A stretch of DNA of 64,000 bases, from positions 10,054 to 74,053 of the IMG/VR virus record IMGVR_UViG_2914923772_000011; one strand, given 5' to 3'. The DNA is from a virus (Duplodnaviria; Caudoviricetes). The position numbers and the translations under genes are program-made. Position 1 is the stretch's first letter. Every line of letters begins with the position of its first letter. Below are positions 8,938-16,739 of the stretch, one piece after another. The notes beneath the pieces are model-generated. The model was not told where the DNA came from. It did not search any database and saw only the letters and a list, made by a program, of their open reading frames with translations.

Positions 8938-9010
8938 AGACGGGTTAGCTCAGTTGGTAGAGCGCCACACTTCCGTGGAGGTCGTCGGTTCGAATCCGAT
9001 ACAGTCTCTC
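8935..9010 (+). ncRNA. tRNA-like RNA / pseudo-tRNA (canonical D and T arms, shrunken anticodon arm, elongated acceptor stem, no CCA)
   Basis: TAGCTCAGTTGGTAGAGC D arm; GTCGG-TTCGAAT-CCGAT T arm; CCAC-ACTTCC-GTGG anticodon arm; GAGAGAC/GTCTCTC closing stem. Confidence 0.75.
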
Positions 9011-9044
9011 TTGCTTTTTATTTTCGCATGAAAGGAGAAAAGAC

Positions 9045-9365
9045 ATGAGCATCGATCAGCTTGATCTAATCTTGTATGACATGTACCGCATGGACGCTTG
9101 GCTGCCGCCTTTGTTTGGTAAATGGACGGAAGATTATAAAAAAGCGAGTTACTCACAATGGGCTGTCGACGAGCTCAGAGATTTTATCGCCGAACGGATT
9201 TACCCTCGAAAAGAAGGGTCTATTGATGAATTCTGTAAGCTCACGCACGAATTCATGATGAAGACAGCTAAGTATGCGAGGGTGAATCCAAACACAAGTC
9301 TTATGTTCCGATCTGCCAGTGAAATGGCAGCGAACATTTTAGACCTTCTAAGGGCTATGGAATAA
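9045..9365 (+). CDS. Hypothetical protein, paralog of 10458-10763
   Basis: SYSQWAVDE versus SYQQWAAYE; GAAAGGAGAAAAGAC RBS. Confidence 0.75.
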   Translation: MSIDQLDLILYDMYRMDAWLPPLFGKWTEDYKKASYSQWAVDELRDFIAERIYPRKEGSIDEFCKLTHEFMMKTAKYARVNPNTSLMFRSASEMAANILDLLRAME

Positions 9366-9389
9366 CAAAAGCATGAAAGGAGAAAAGAC

Positions 9390-10214
9390 ATGAACAAAAA
9401 CCAAGCAATTCAAAAGTTGCTGCATAAGTCAGGGCTTTGTATCAGGAAATACTCACCTGTTGCATTGTCTTGTGTAGCATCAGCCGGCGTGGTAGTCACG
9501 GCAATTGCAGCAGCCAAAGCGACCCCACGAGCAGTAGCGTTAGTTTATGCAGACAGTCGCAAAAAGCATGATGGCGATCCATATGCGTACACCAAGAAAG
9601 AGGCGTTCATCGCTGCATGGAAATGTTATATTCCGGCAGTGGCATTTGGAGCTTCTACTATCGCTTGCATTATGGGTGCCAATGCCTTAAATCGACGCCA
9701 ACAGGCAGCACTAACAAGTGCGTATGCTCTCGTCCAAAGTTCTTATAAGGAATATAAGGACAAGCTGAAAGAACTCTATGGAGAAGAAGCACATAATGCA
9801 ATCATGGATTCCATCATCAAGGAAAAGTGCAAGGACATCAGCATCTCTGCTAATGGAGGTTGGTACGATTCTTCTCTTGACTTTGGCGAAGGCATGGAGC
9901 CTGAGGTTACTCGTACTTTCTACGATAGTTTTTCACAAAGATATTTTGTGTCAACAATCGAGAAAGTTATCCAGGCTGAGTACCATCTGAACCGCAATTT
10001 TATGTTCGCAGGGGTTATCCCACTTAATGACTTTTACGAGTTTCTTGGGCTTGAAAAGACGGAACTCGGAGATGCCGTAGGATGGTCAAGCTGTAATGGC
10101 GATATTTATTGGATCGACTTTAACCATCACCGACTCACTTTGGATGACGGCATGGAGATATATGTTATTGACATGGTTTTTGAGCCTACAGCTGAGTGGA
10201 TGGAAGATCTGTAA
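9390..10214 (+). CDS. DUF6353-like phage protein, paralog 1
   Basis: KYSPVALSCVASAGVVVTAIAAAKATPRA...YDSFSQRYF...LNDFYEFLGL pattern shared with 10780 and 13301. Confidence 0.75.
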   Translation: MNKNQAIQKLLHKSGLCIRKYSPVALSCVASAGVVVTAIAAAKATPRAVALVYADSRKKHDGDPYAYTKKEAFIAAWKCYIPAVAFGASTIACIMGANALNRRQQAALTSAYALVQSSYKEYKDKLKELYGEEAHNAIMDSIIKEKCKDISISANGGWYDSSLDFGEGMEPEVTRTFYDSFSQRYFVSTIEKVIQAEYHLNRNFMFAGVIPLNDFYEFLGLEKTELGDAVGWSSCNGDIYWIDFNHHRLTLDDGMEIYVIDMVFEPTAEWMEDL

Positions 10215-10217
10215 GTT

Positions 10218-10244
10218 CGCAAAAAATACATTTCACTTTATGAA
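10218..10244 (+). promoter_or_regulatory. Phage promoter-like motif copy 7
   Basis: CGC aaaaaat ACA tttcacttt ATG aa. Confidence 0.7.
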
Positions 10245-10266
10245 AACGAAAAGGAGGTTTCGCTTT

Positions 10267-10437
10267 ATGAATAATGCAAAATTGGTTAAAATCCTGGGTC
10301 TTGTCGCTACCGCAGTAGGTATGGGGGCTACGCTCCTCACTGACTGGGTGAACGAGAAGAAGATGGAAGAAAAAATTGATGAACGCATCAATGAGAAGCT
10401 TGCCGCACTTAGCGATGAAGAAGATGAGGAGTCCTAA
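10267..10437 (+). CDS. 56-aa membrane-anchored peptide with acidic tail (cassette gene)
   Basis: MNNAKLVKILGLVATAVGMGATLL...; AAGGAGG RBS. Confidence 0.75.
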   Translation: MNNAKLVKILGLVATAVGMGATLLTDWVNEKKMEEKIDERINEKLAALSDEEDEES

Positions 10438-10458
10438 CAAGGGCTCTTCTTCTTTATT
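10429..10458 (+). terminator. Intrinsic terminator with TAACAA loop
   Basis: GAGTCC-TAACAA-GGGCTC plus T-rich tract. Confidence 0.75.
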
Positions 10459-10763
10459 TGAACGATATGTGTGATGCAAGCACGGCTGTTTCGATCATCC
10501 AACGATATGTTGGTGAGCATCTGTTCAGCCCATCCTTCACATGGCCAAAGTATGAATTCAGAAAAAGGTCATATCAGCAATGGGCTGCATATGAAATCTG
10601 TGATCGAATCATGGACAAGCCTTTCGACGATCCAATCACCATCATCGAAAACTTCATGTTCGAGATGGCTATGTATGCTTGTTACGGCGAGGATGAGCAG
10701 CGTAGCTTTATATTTCAGAATGCGGTCGAAACAGCTGAAGAATTAAGTCTACTATTTGTTTAA
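10458..10763 (+). CDS. Hypothetical protein, paralog of 9045-9365
   Basis: Shared SY.QWA motif; start codon uncertain. Confidence 0.65.
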   Translation: MNDMCDASTAVSIIQRYVGEHLFSPSFTWPKYEFRKRSYQQWAAYEICDRIMDKPFDDPITIIENFMFEMAMYACYGEDEQRSFIFQNAVETAEELSLLFV

Positions 10764-10779
10764 CCGAAAGGAGAAAATC

Positions 10780-11541
10780 ATGCCTAAACAAAGTTTAGCA
10801 AGCATTGCCAAAGGTGTACGGACGGCAATGAAAAAACATAGTCCTGAAATTCTCACCGGTATCGGAATTGCCGGCATGATTACCACCACTGTTATGGCGG
10901 TAAAAGCAACCCCAAAAGCTCTGATTCTGCTTGAAGAGAAAAAAGATGAGTTGGATACGGACAGACTTGAGCCGAAGGACATCATCAAGACAGCTTGGCC
11001 TTGTTATATTCCGGCGGCTGTCGTAGGCTCCATCTCTGTATTCTGCCTGATTGGGGCAAGCTCGACTAATCTTCGTCGAAATGCTGCGCTGGCAACGGCA
11101 TATACCCTTTCGGAGTCGACTCTCAAAGAGTATCAGGAAAAAGTCGTTGAGACAATCGGTGAGAAAAAGGAACAGTCCATTCGAGACTCTGTGTCGAAAG
11201 ACAAGATGGTTAAGAACCCTGTTCGAGAAATTATTCTCACCGAAAGCGGCGGGAACACAATCTGTTACGATGTCTTATCCGGACGATATTTCAAGTCTGA
11301 CAGAGATAAGATTACCAGAGTCATGAATGAACTGAATCGGCAGATGCGTGACGAAATGTATGTCACACTAAACGATTTCTACTATGAACTCGGTTTAGAC
11401 GGAACCAAGATGGGCGATATGCTCGGATGGAACATTGATAAGGGTTACATTGACCTTGCTTTCTCGTCCCAGCTGGATGCAAATGGCACCCCTTGCCTGG
11501 TGATCGACTATCAGGTAGCACCAGTTTACGACTATCAGTAA
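10780..11541 (+). CDS. DUF6353-like phage protein, paralog 2
   Basis: KKHSPEILTGIGIAG...CYDVLSGRYF...LNDFYYELGL. Confidence 0.8.
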   Translation: MPKQSLASIAKGVRTAMKKHSPEILTGIGIAGMITTTVMAVKATPKALILLEEKKDELDTDRLEPKDIIKTAWPCYIPAAVVGSISVFCLIGASSTNLRRNAALATAYTLSESTLKEYQEKVVETIGEKKEQSIRDSVSKDKMVKNPVREIILTESGGNTICYDVLSGRYFKSDRDKITRVMNELNRQMRDEMYVTLNDFYYELGLDGTKMGDMLGWNIDKGYIDLAFSSQLDANGTPCLVIDYQVAPVYDYQ

Positions 11542-11549
11542 ATTTGCCG

Positions 11550-11576
11550 CGCGAAATTTACAACTTATTTAATGGA
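11550..11576 (+). promoter_or_regulatory. Phage promoter-like motif copy 8
   Basis: CGC gaaattt ACA acttattta ATG ga. Confidence 0.7.
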
Positions 11577-11618
11577 AGAACATTCCACAATTTCACACAT
11601 TTGAAAGGAGATTTCACA

Positions 11619-11873
11619 ATGAACAACAATGAGATTATGAACAACGAGATCGTTGAAGCTACCGAAGAGGTTATCGAGAACGCTGGTTTGAGCAAGGGCG
11701 TAAAGATTGCTGCGGGTATCGGCTTGAGCGTAGTTGTAGGCGTGGTCGTCTACAAGTATGTAGCAAAGCCGGTGATCGCAAACATCAAAGCCCAGATCGA
11801 GCAGAAGAAGATGGCTGCTGAGGAGAAGACGGTTATCTTAGAAGAATCTGATGTTGTCACTGAAGACAACTGA
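11619..11873 (+). CDS. 84-aa single-TM protein (cassette gene)
   Basis: IAAGIGLSVVVGVVVY; GAAAGGAG RBS. Confidence 0.75.
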   Translation: MNNNEIMNNEIVEATEEVIENAGLSKGVKIAAGIGLSVVVGVVVYKYVAKPVIANIKAQIEQKKMAAEEKTVILEESDVVTEDN

Positions 11874-11900
11874 AAATGCGAATTTGAGAAGTTCGGATAA

Positions 11901-11940
11901 GGGAGAGTACCTGTAACAAGGTGCTTTCCCTTTTTCTTTA
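11901..11940 (+). terminator. Intrinsic terminator with GTAACA(A) loop
   Basis: GGGAGAGTACCT-GTAACA-AGGTGCTTTCCC plus T-tract. Confidence 0.8.
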
Positions 11941-11962
11941 TCTCTCGAAAGGAGAAAAAAAT

Positions 11963-12151
11963 ATGCAGCAGTATCAATATGACGGTCCTGTTATGCGATT
12001 CGATGATTGCGTTCAGCATCGTTGGAAAGCAACTACTGTTGCTCCGACGGAAGCGAAAGCGAAGAGCAATCTCGCCTATCGATATAAAAAAGAAAACGGC
12101 TTGATGCCGAACACAAAAATTACTCTGCCCGGTAAGCTGATTCCGGCATAA
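11963..12151 (+). CDS. Small hypothetical phage protein
   Basis: GAAAGGAGAAAA RBS. Confidence 0.7.
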   Translation: MQQYQYDGPVMRFDDCVQHRWKATTVAPTEAKAKSNLAYRYKKENGLMPNTKITLPGKLIPA

Positions 12152-12167
12152 GAAAGGAGATTACCCA

Positions 12168-12773
12168 GTGGAAGATTACAAGTCTAATTCTGATAAAGCT
12201 CGTCAGGAGCAGCAGTCAGAAAAGAAAGTTGAGGCGGTTATTACCGGGGCTGCAAAAACTCGAAAAAAAGGTGAGATGCAAAAATTTGCAGATGTATTTA
12301 TTGCCGAGGATGCAAACAATGTCAAATCTTATATTTTGATGGAGGTCATTGTGCCTGCTGTCAAGAAAGCGATTTCTGACATTGTCACTACCGGTATCGA
12401 TATGATCCTGTACGGCGAGGCAGGTCGAAGCAAGAAAAACGGAACGGCGTCTAAGGTGTCTTACCGAAACTATTATGAACGGGACGCGGACAGAGTGCGT
12501 GCAGGTTCCGTTGGCAACAGACGCAATACACCTGATTATGATGATATTCTCTTCGATACCCGTGGAGATGCGGAAGCGGTTCTCGATGCAATGAACGATA
12601 TCATCAGTCAGTATGGAACGGTGAGCGTGTCCGATTTCTATGATCTCGCTCGTGTTCCCAATGATAATTTCACTATGAACCGCTACGGTTGGACAAACAT
12701 TGGCGGTGCAACTGCGGTACGAGTTCGAGATGGTTATATTCTGAAACTGCCTCGTGCTATCCCGCTGAATTGA
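12168..12773 (+). CDS. Conserved hypothetical phage protein
   Basis: GAAAGGAG RBS with GTG start; intact 201-aa ORF in operon. Confidence 0.75.
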   Translation: MEDYKSNSDKARQEQQSEKKVEAVITGAAKTRKKGEMQKFADVFIAEDANNVKSYILMEVIVPAVKKAISDIVTTGIDMILYGEAGRSKKNGTASKVSYRNYYERDADRVRAGSVGNRRNTPDYDDILFDTRGDAEAVLDAMNDIISQYGTVSVSDFYDLARVPNDNFTMNRYGWTNIGGATAVRVRDGYILKLPRAIPLN

Positions 12774-12786
12774 AAGGAGAAAAATA

Positions 12787-13026
12787 ATGCTTGAATGCAA
12801 AATTTGTGGCACTAAATTCAATGCCATTATCGAGAGACATTATATTGCTCGTGATAACGGAAAGACTGGTTTGGCAGTTGCCTTTGGCTCTACTGCCGAA
12901 GAAGGTTTATATGACACATTTGATTGCCCGATGTGCGGCTGTCAGGTAATTGCTAAGGAGCGTAAGCGTAACTATATTCCGTTTATTTCTACAGATGAGG
13001 AGGATGCAGATGATGACCAGATCTGA
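12787..13026 (+). CDS. Zinc-ribbon protein
   Basis: CKIC and CPMC pairs. Confidence 0.7.
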   Translation: MLECKICGTKFNAIIERHYIARDNGKTGLAVAFGSTAEEGLYDTFDCPMCGCQVIAKERKRNYIPFISTDEEDADDDQI

Positions 13027-13279
13027 GACTCTCGATAAAGCAAAGGCTTGCGTATGTGGGCAGAGAGAGAACGAATACGGCTCTCCGGAAGATAACTTCA
13101 CTGCTATTGCAGGCTTCTGGAGCGTCTATAAAGGCGTTGAATTTACCGCAAATGATGTTGCCATGATGATGGCACTTCTTAAGATCGCACGAATCAGGAC
13201 AGGAACGGCTACGGACGACAGCTATGTCGATTTGGCTGGATACGCTGCCTGTGGTGCTGAAATCAATTCCAACAAATAA
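13010..13279 (+). CDS. DUF6378-like phage protein
   Basis: QRENEYGSPEDNF..IA.FWS.Y..DVAMMMALLKIAR..DSYVDLAGYAACG. Confidence 0.7.
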   Translation: MMTRSETLDKAKACVCGQRENEYGSPEDNFTAIAGFWSVYKGVEFTANDVAMMMALLKIARIRTGTATDDSYVDLAGYAACGAEINSNK

Positions 13280-13300
13280 TGAAAAGGAGATTTTATAAAC

Positions 13301-14218
13301 ATGAAAAATAAGACTGAAATCATGAAGAGCGTGAGCGGTGTGGCTTCCAAGACCGTTATGAAGCTCAAGAAACACAGCCCCGAGATTCTCGTTGTGGCTG
13401 GTATTGCCGGTACGGTCGTAAGTGCCGTTCTCGCTTGCAAGGCCACCACTAAGGTAGCAGAGATTCTCGATGAAACTAAGGGTACTCTCGACACCATTCA
13501 TGAAGGTGTGGAAACCGGTGCAATCAACGGTCAGGAGTATACGACTGAGGACGGCAAGAAGGACACGGTTGTTGTCTATGCCCAGACCGGAATGAAGCTC
13601 GCAAAGCTTTATGCTCCTGCTATTATTCTCGGCACTCTGTCCATCACCAGCATTCTGGCATCCAACAATATTCTTCGCAAGCGCAATGTAGCTCTTGGCG
13701 CTGCCTATGCCGCTATTGATAAGAGCTTCAAGGAATATCGCGGTCGTGTCATCGAGCGCTTCGGAGAGCAGGTCGATACCGAACTGAAGTATGGCATCAA
13801 GGCGAAGAAGTTCGAGGAAATCGAGGTTGATCCCGAGACCGGCAAGGAGAAGAAGGTTAAAAAGACTGTGATGGTCGCTGATCCTAATCTCCAGAGCGAT
13901 TACGCTGTATATTTCGACAGCAAGAGCCGCAACTATGAGACTAACCCCGATTACAACCGCATGTTCCTCAAGGCACAGCAGGCATTTGCAAATGACAAGC
14001 TTCAGACCCGTGGTCACCTCTTCCTGAATGAGGTTCTGGACGATCTGGATCTTCCTCGTACCCCTGCTGGTCAGATTGTCGGTTGGACAAAGGATGGTCC
14101 GGATGGCTATGTTAATTTCCGCATCGTTGAGGTAGAGCGCGAGACCGAAGACGGTCGTCATGAGCCGGCACTTCTGCTCGACTTCAATGTTGAGGGCAAC
14201 ATCTGGGAAAAGATGTAA
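13301..14218 (+). CDS. DUF6353-like phage protein, paralog 3
   Basis: KKHSPEILVVAGIAG...LFLNEVLDDLDL. Confidence 0.8.
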   Translation: MKNKTEIMKSVSGVASKTVMKLKKHSPEILVVAGIAGTVVSAVLACKATTKVAEILDETKGTLDTIHEGVETGAINGQEYTTEDGKKDTVVVYAQTGMKLAKLYAPAIILGTLSITSILASNNILRKRNVALGAAYAAIDKSFKEYRGRVIERFGEQVDTELKYGIKAKKFEEIEVDPETGKEKKVKKTVMVADPNLQSDYAVYFDSKSRNYETNPDYNRMFLKAQQAFANDKLQTRGHLFLNEVLDDLDLPRTPAGQIVGWTKDGPDGYVNFRIVEVERETEDGRHEPALLLDFNVEGNIWEKM

Positions 14219-14275
14219 TCAATCACCTTCAGACTTGGACTGGGGGTGATATTTTATTGTAAAGGAGTTTTAGCA

Positions 14276-14839
14276 ATGCACATCAAACCACGAGCGATAG
14301 CTACCGTTCTCTGCATGATATTTTTCATCGGTTTTGCGGTATGCGGCGTTGTTCGCTCTACAGATAAAGAAACATCGGAGATTAGGCAATCCTATCCGGT
14401 TCTTGCAGAGGCAGAGCCGATGATTATGGCTGATCTTCTGATGGAATCTCCTAACTTAACGCCTGAGGTTGAGAAAGAGCCAGACTACCCTCTTACACAA
14501 GAGGAAATCGACCTCATAGCACTCGTAACCATGGGTGAAGCTGAAGGAGAAACAGAACTGGGAAAACGCTTAGTCATTGATACAATTCTTAACCGTATTG
14601 ACCATACATCTTTCCCGGATACTGTGTACGATGTTGTTTATCAACCCAATCAGTTCAGCGTAATGTGGAACAGCAGGATTGACCGTTGTTATGTCATGCC
14701 TGAGATTGTTGAGTTGGTAAAGGAAGAACTTTTGGAACGGACAAATTACGATTGTGTGTTCTTCATGGCCGGAGGATACAGTAAGTATGGTGAGCCTTTG
14801 TTTCAGGAGTGTTGTCACTACTTTTCGAGTTATGACTGA
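14276..14839 (+). CDS. SleB-type cell wall hydrolase with N-terminal membrane anchor
   Basis: LIALVTMGEAEGE..VIDTILNR..VVYQPNQFS. Confidence 0.8.
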   Translation: MHIKPRAIATVLCMIFFIGFAVCGVVRSTDKETSEIRQSYPVLAEAEPMIMADLLMESPNLTPEVEKEPDYPLTQEEIDLIALVTMGEAEGETELGKRLVIDTILNRIDHTSFPDTVYDVVYQPNQFSVMWNSRIDRCYVMPEIVELVKEELLERTNYDCVFFMAGGYSKYGEPLFQECCHYFSSYD

Positions 14840-14853
14840 AAGGAGAACATAAA

Positions 14854-14943
14854 ATGAAAGCTTTGTTTTCGTACATTCTTTCCACTATGGCAGGGCTTTG
14901 TCTCGTAGGAGGCATTGCTGTTCTCTCTGGTGGAAAGGAGTAA
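14854..14943 (+). CDS. 29-aa hydrophobic peptide (not in the ORF track)
   Basis: MKALFSYILSTMAGLCLVGGIAVLSGGKE after GAAAGGAG RBS. Confidence 0.55.
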   Translation: MKALFSYILSTMAGLCLVGGIAVLSGGKE

Positions 14944-15114
14944 ATGATGGATATTTTGGATGATTTCATCTCAACCGTCGACGCCATGCTGGACAGTCGG
15001 CGGAAAAGACACATTACTGGCGGGATTCTCCTGAGTGCAGCATTGCTGTTCGGAGGTCTCGCCATTACTGTTGTCACAATTCAAACTGACGAGGAGGAAT
15101 ACGAAGATGAGTAA
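14944..15114 (+). CDS. 56-aa single-TM protein (not in the ORF track)
   Basis: MMDILDDFISTVDAMLDSRRKRHITGGILLSAALLFGGLAITVV; GGAAAGGAG RBS. Confidence 0.6.
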   Translation: MMDILDDFISTVDAMLDSRRKRHITGGILLSAALLFGGLAITVVTIQTDEEEYEDE

Positions 15115-15715
15115 AACCGGTTTTGCCATGTTCTTAGCTGGGGCTACAGTAGGCGCCGCAGCGACATGGCTTTGTCTTAGACGGTATTACGAGCAGATCA
15201 CGCAGGAAGAGATTGATTCTGTGAAGGCAGCATTTGCCGAAAGAAAGCCCGTAATCGCTAATATTGCCAAGGACGAAAAGAGCAATGAAAAGCAGGAGGA
15301 GAATCAGCATAAGGCAGATATTGCCAAGCTGAAACCCGACCTGGTGAACTATGCAGCTAAGCTCCAGGAAGAGGGTTATACCAATTACACGGAGCATAGC
15401 AAGAAAAATACTGAAGAAAAAAAGGATGAGCCTATGCCCAATGAACCTTATGTCATCTCTCCGGACGACTACGGTGAGAATGACAATTACACGCAGATCA
15501 GTCTGGTCTATTATGCTGGTGACGGAGTCCTTGCCGACGATGAAGATGAAGTCGTCGAGGATATCGAGGACACTGTTGGCGAGGACTTTGCTGAACATTT
15601 CGGAGAGTATGAGGATGATTCGGTCTTTATTCGTAACGATCGCCTGAGATGTGACTATGAAATTCTCAGAGACAATCGTTCTTTCTCCGATGTGGCGGAA
15701 GGCTCCAACTACTAA
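15107..15715 (+). CDS. Membrane-anchored acidic phage protein
   Basis: N-terminal TM segment; D/E-rich C-terminal domain. Confidence 0.75.
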   Translation: MSKTGFAMFLAGATVGAAATWLCLRRYYEQITQEEIDSVKAAFAERKPVIANIAKDEKSNEKQEENQHKADIAKLKPDLVNYAAKLQEEGYTNYTEHSKKNTEEKKDEPMPNEPYVISPDDYGENDNYTQISLVYYAGDGVLADDEDEVVEDIEDTVGEDFAEHFGEYEDDSVFIRNDRLRCDYEILRDNRSFSDVAEGSNY

Positions 15716-15727
15716 TAGGAGGATCGA

Positions 15728-16276
15728 ATGACTGAAATTGAGCTGAACAATGAATATTTTGAGTGGATGTGTCAGCTCGTATGTAACGAACGATATAGCC
15801 GGAGGCTGTCTTATCAGAAGCTTCTTCGTCATCTGCATAATATTGATTTTCAATATATGCTGCCGATGGACGGAAATCGAGCAGAAGATGGGATAGACCT
15901 CCGGTATCGTTTTGGTTATGAAAAAGAATACGAGGGTCCTATGATTGCCAGTTATCTGGATAACCGCCCTTGCAGTGTATTGGAGATGCTTATTGCCTTA
16001 GCGTTTCGTTGTGAAGAACATATTATGACCGACCCAGATATCGGCAATCGCATGGGACAGTGGTTCTGGAACATGATTGTCAGTCTGGGTTTAGGGTCGA
16101 TGAGTGATTCTCGATTTGATGCGGCGTATACGGACGACGTAATATCTCGATTTATGAACCGCAAATACAAGCGAAATGGCGAAGGCGGTTTGTTTACCGT
16201 CGAACGCTGCAAGTATGACATGAGAACTGTCGAAATCTGGTGGCAGATGAATTGGTATTTGGACAGCATCCTATAA
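15728..16276 (+). CDS. Conserved hypothetical phage protein
   Basis: AGGAGG RBS; intact ORF. Confidence 0.75.
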   Translation: MTEIELNNEYFEWMCQLVCNERYSRRLSYQKLLRHLHNIDFQYMLPMDGNRAEDGIDLRYRFGYEKEYEGPMIASYLDNRPCSVLEMLIALAFRCEEHIMTDPDIGNRMGQWFWNMIVSLGLGSMSDSRFDAAYTDDVISRFMNRKYKRNGEGGLFTVERCKYDMRTVEIWWQMNWYLDSIL

Positions 16277-16288
16277 GGGAGAATTACC

Positions 16289-16504
16289 ATGATTCATACG
16301 CAAGTGTACGGGTTTTTTCAGACATGCTTACCCGACCAGGCAAAGGAGGTAAAAGAATACTTCCCAAATGGTAAAAACAGCATTCGAATTCGCAAAACCA
16401 ACGGACAGAAATTTATATTTTCGTTGAGAGAGCCGAAGGCTTGGAAGTTTGAAACGATCGAACAATTTCTTGCCGACATGAAAGGAGAAAAGAAACATGG
16501 ATGA
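16289..16504 (+). CDS. Small hypothetical protein
   Basis: GGGAG RBS; operon position. Confidence 0.65.
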   Translation: MIHTQVYGFFQTCLPDQAKEVKEYFPNGKNSIRIRKTNGQKFIFSLREPKAWKFETIEQFLADMKGEKKHG

Positions 16505-16730
16505 AATGATTCGTTATATTTTCGGAAGTCTTCGCTGCTCCGAAACTGCGATGCGTGTGTTTGCTAAGACGCTCAGAAAACAGAGGTCTTTCAATCGCAG
16601 CACCATCATGGTCGCCACGGTTATGACTGTGCACATGCTTATCCAGGACTTGGAGATTCGCAGTATGCGTGACGAGATCGGGAACCTTAAAAACGAAATC
16701 AAGGAGCTTAGAAAAACGGAAGGAGACTAA
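16497..16730 (+). CDS. Small coiled-coil protein
   Basis: GAAAGGAGAAAAGAAAC RBS. Confidence 0.7.
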   Translation: MDEMIRYIFGSLRCSETAMRVFAKTLRKQRSFNRSTIMVATVMTVHMLIQDLEIRSMRDEIGNLKNEIKELRKTEGD

Positions 16731-16739
16731 AGAACTTCG

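Noticed and set aside
6450-11940. Repeated promoter/terminator units as a CRISPR array
   Set aside because: Spacing is irregular (hundreds of bp), intervening sequences are genes, and there is no cas operon; the Cas4-like gene is a stand-alone phage exonuclease
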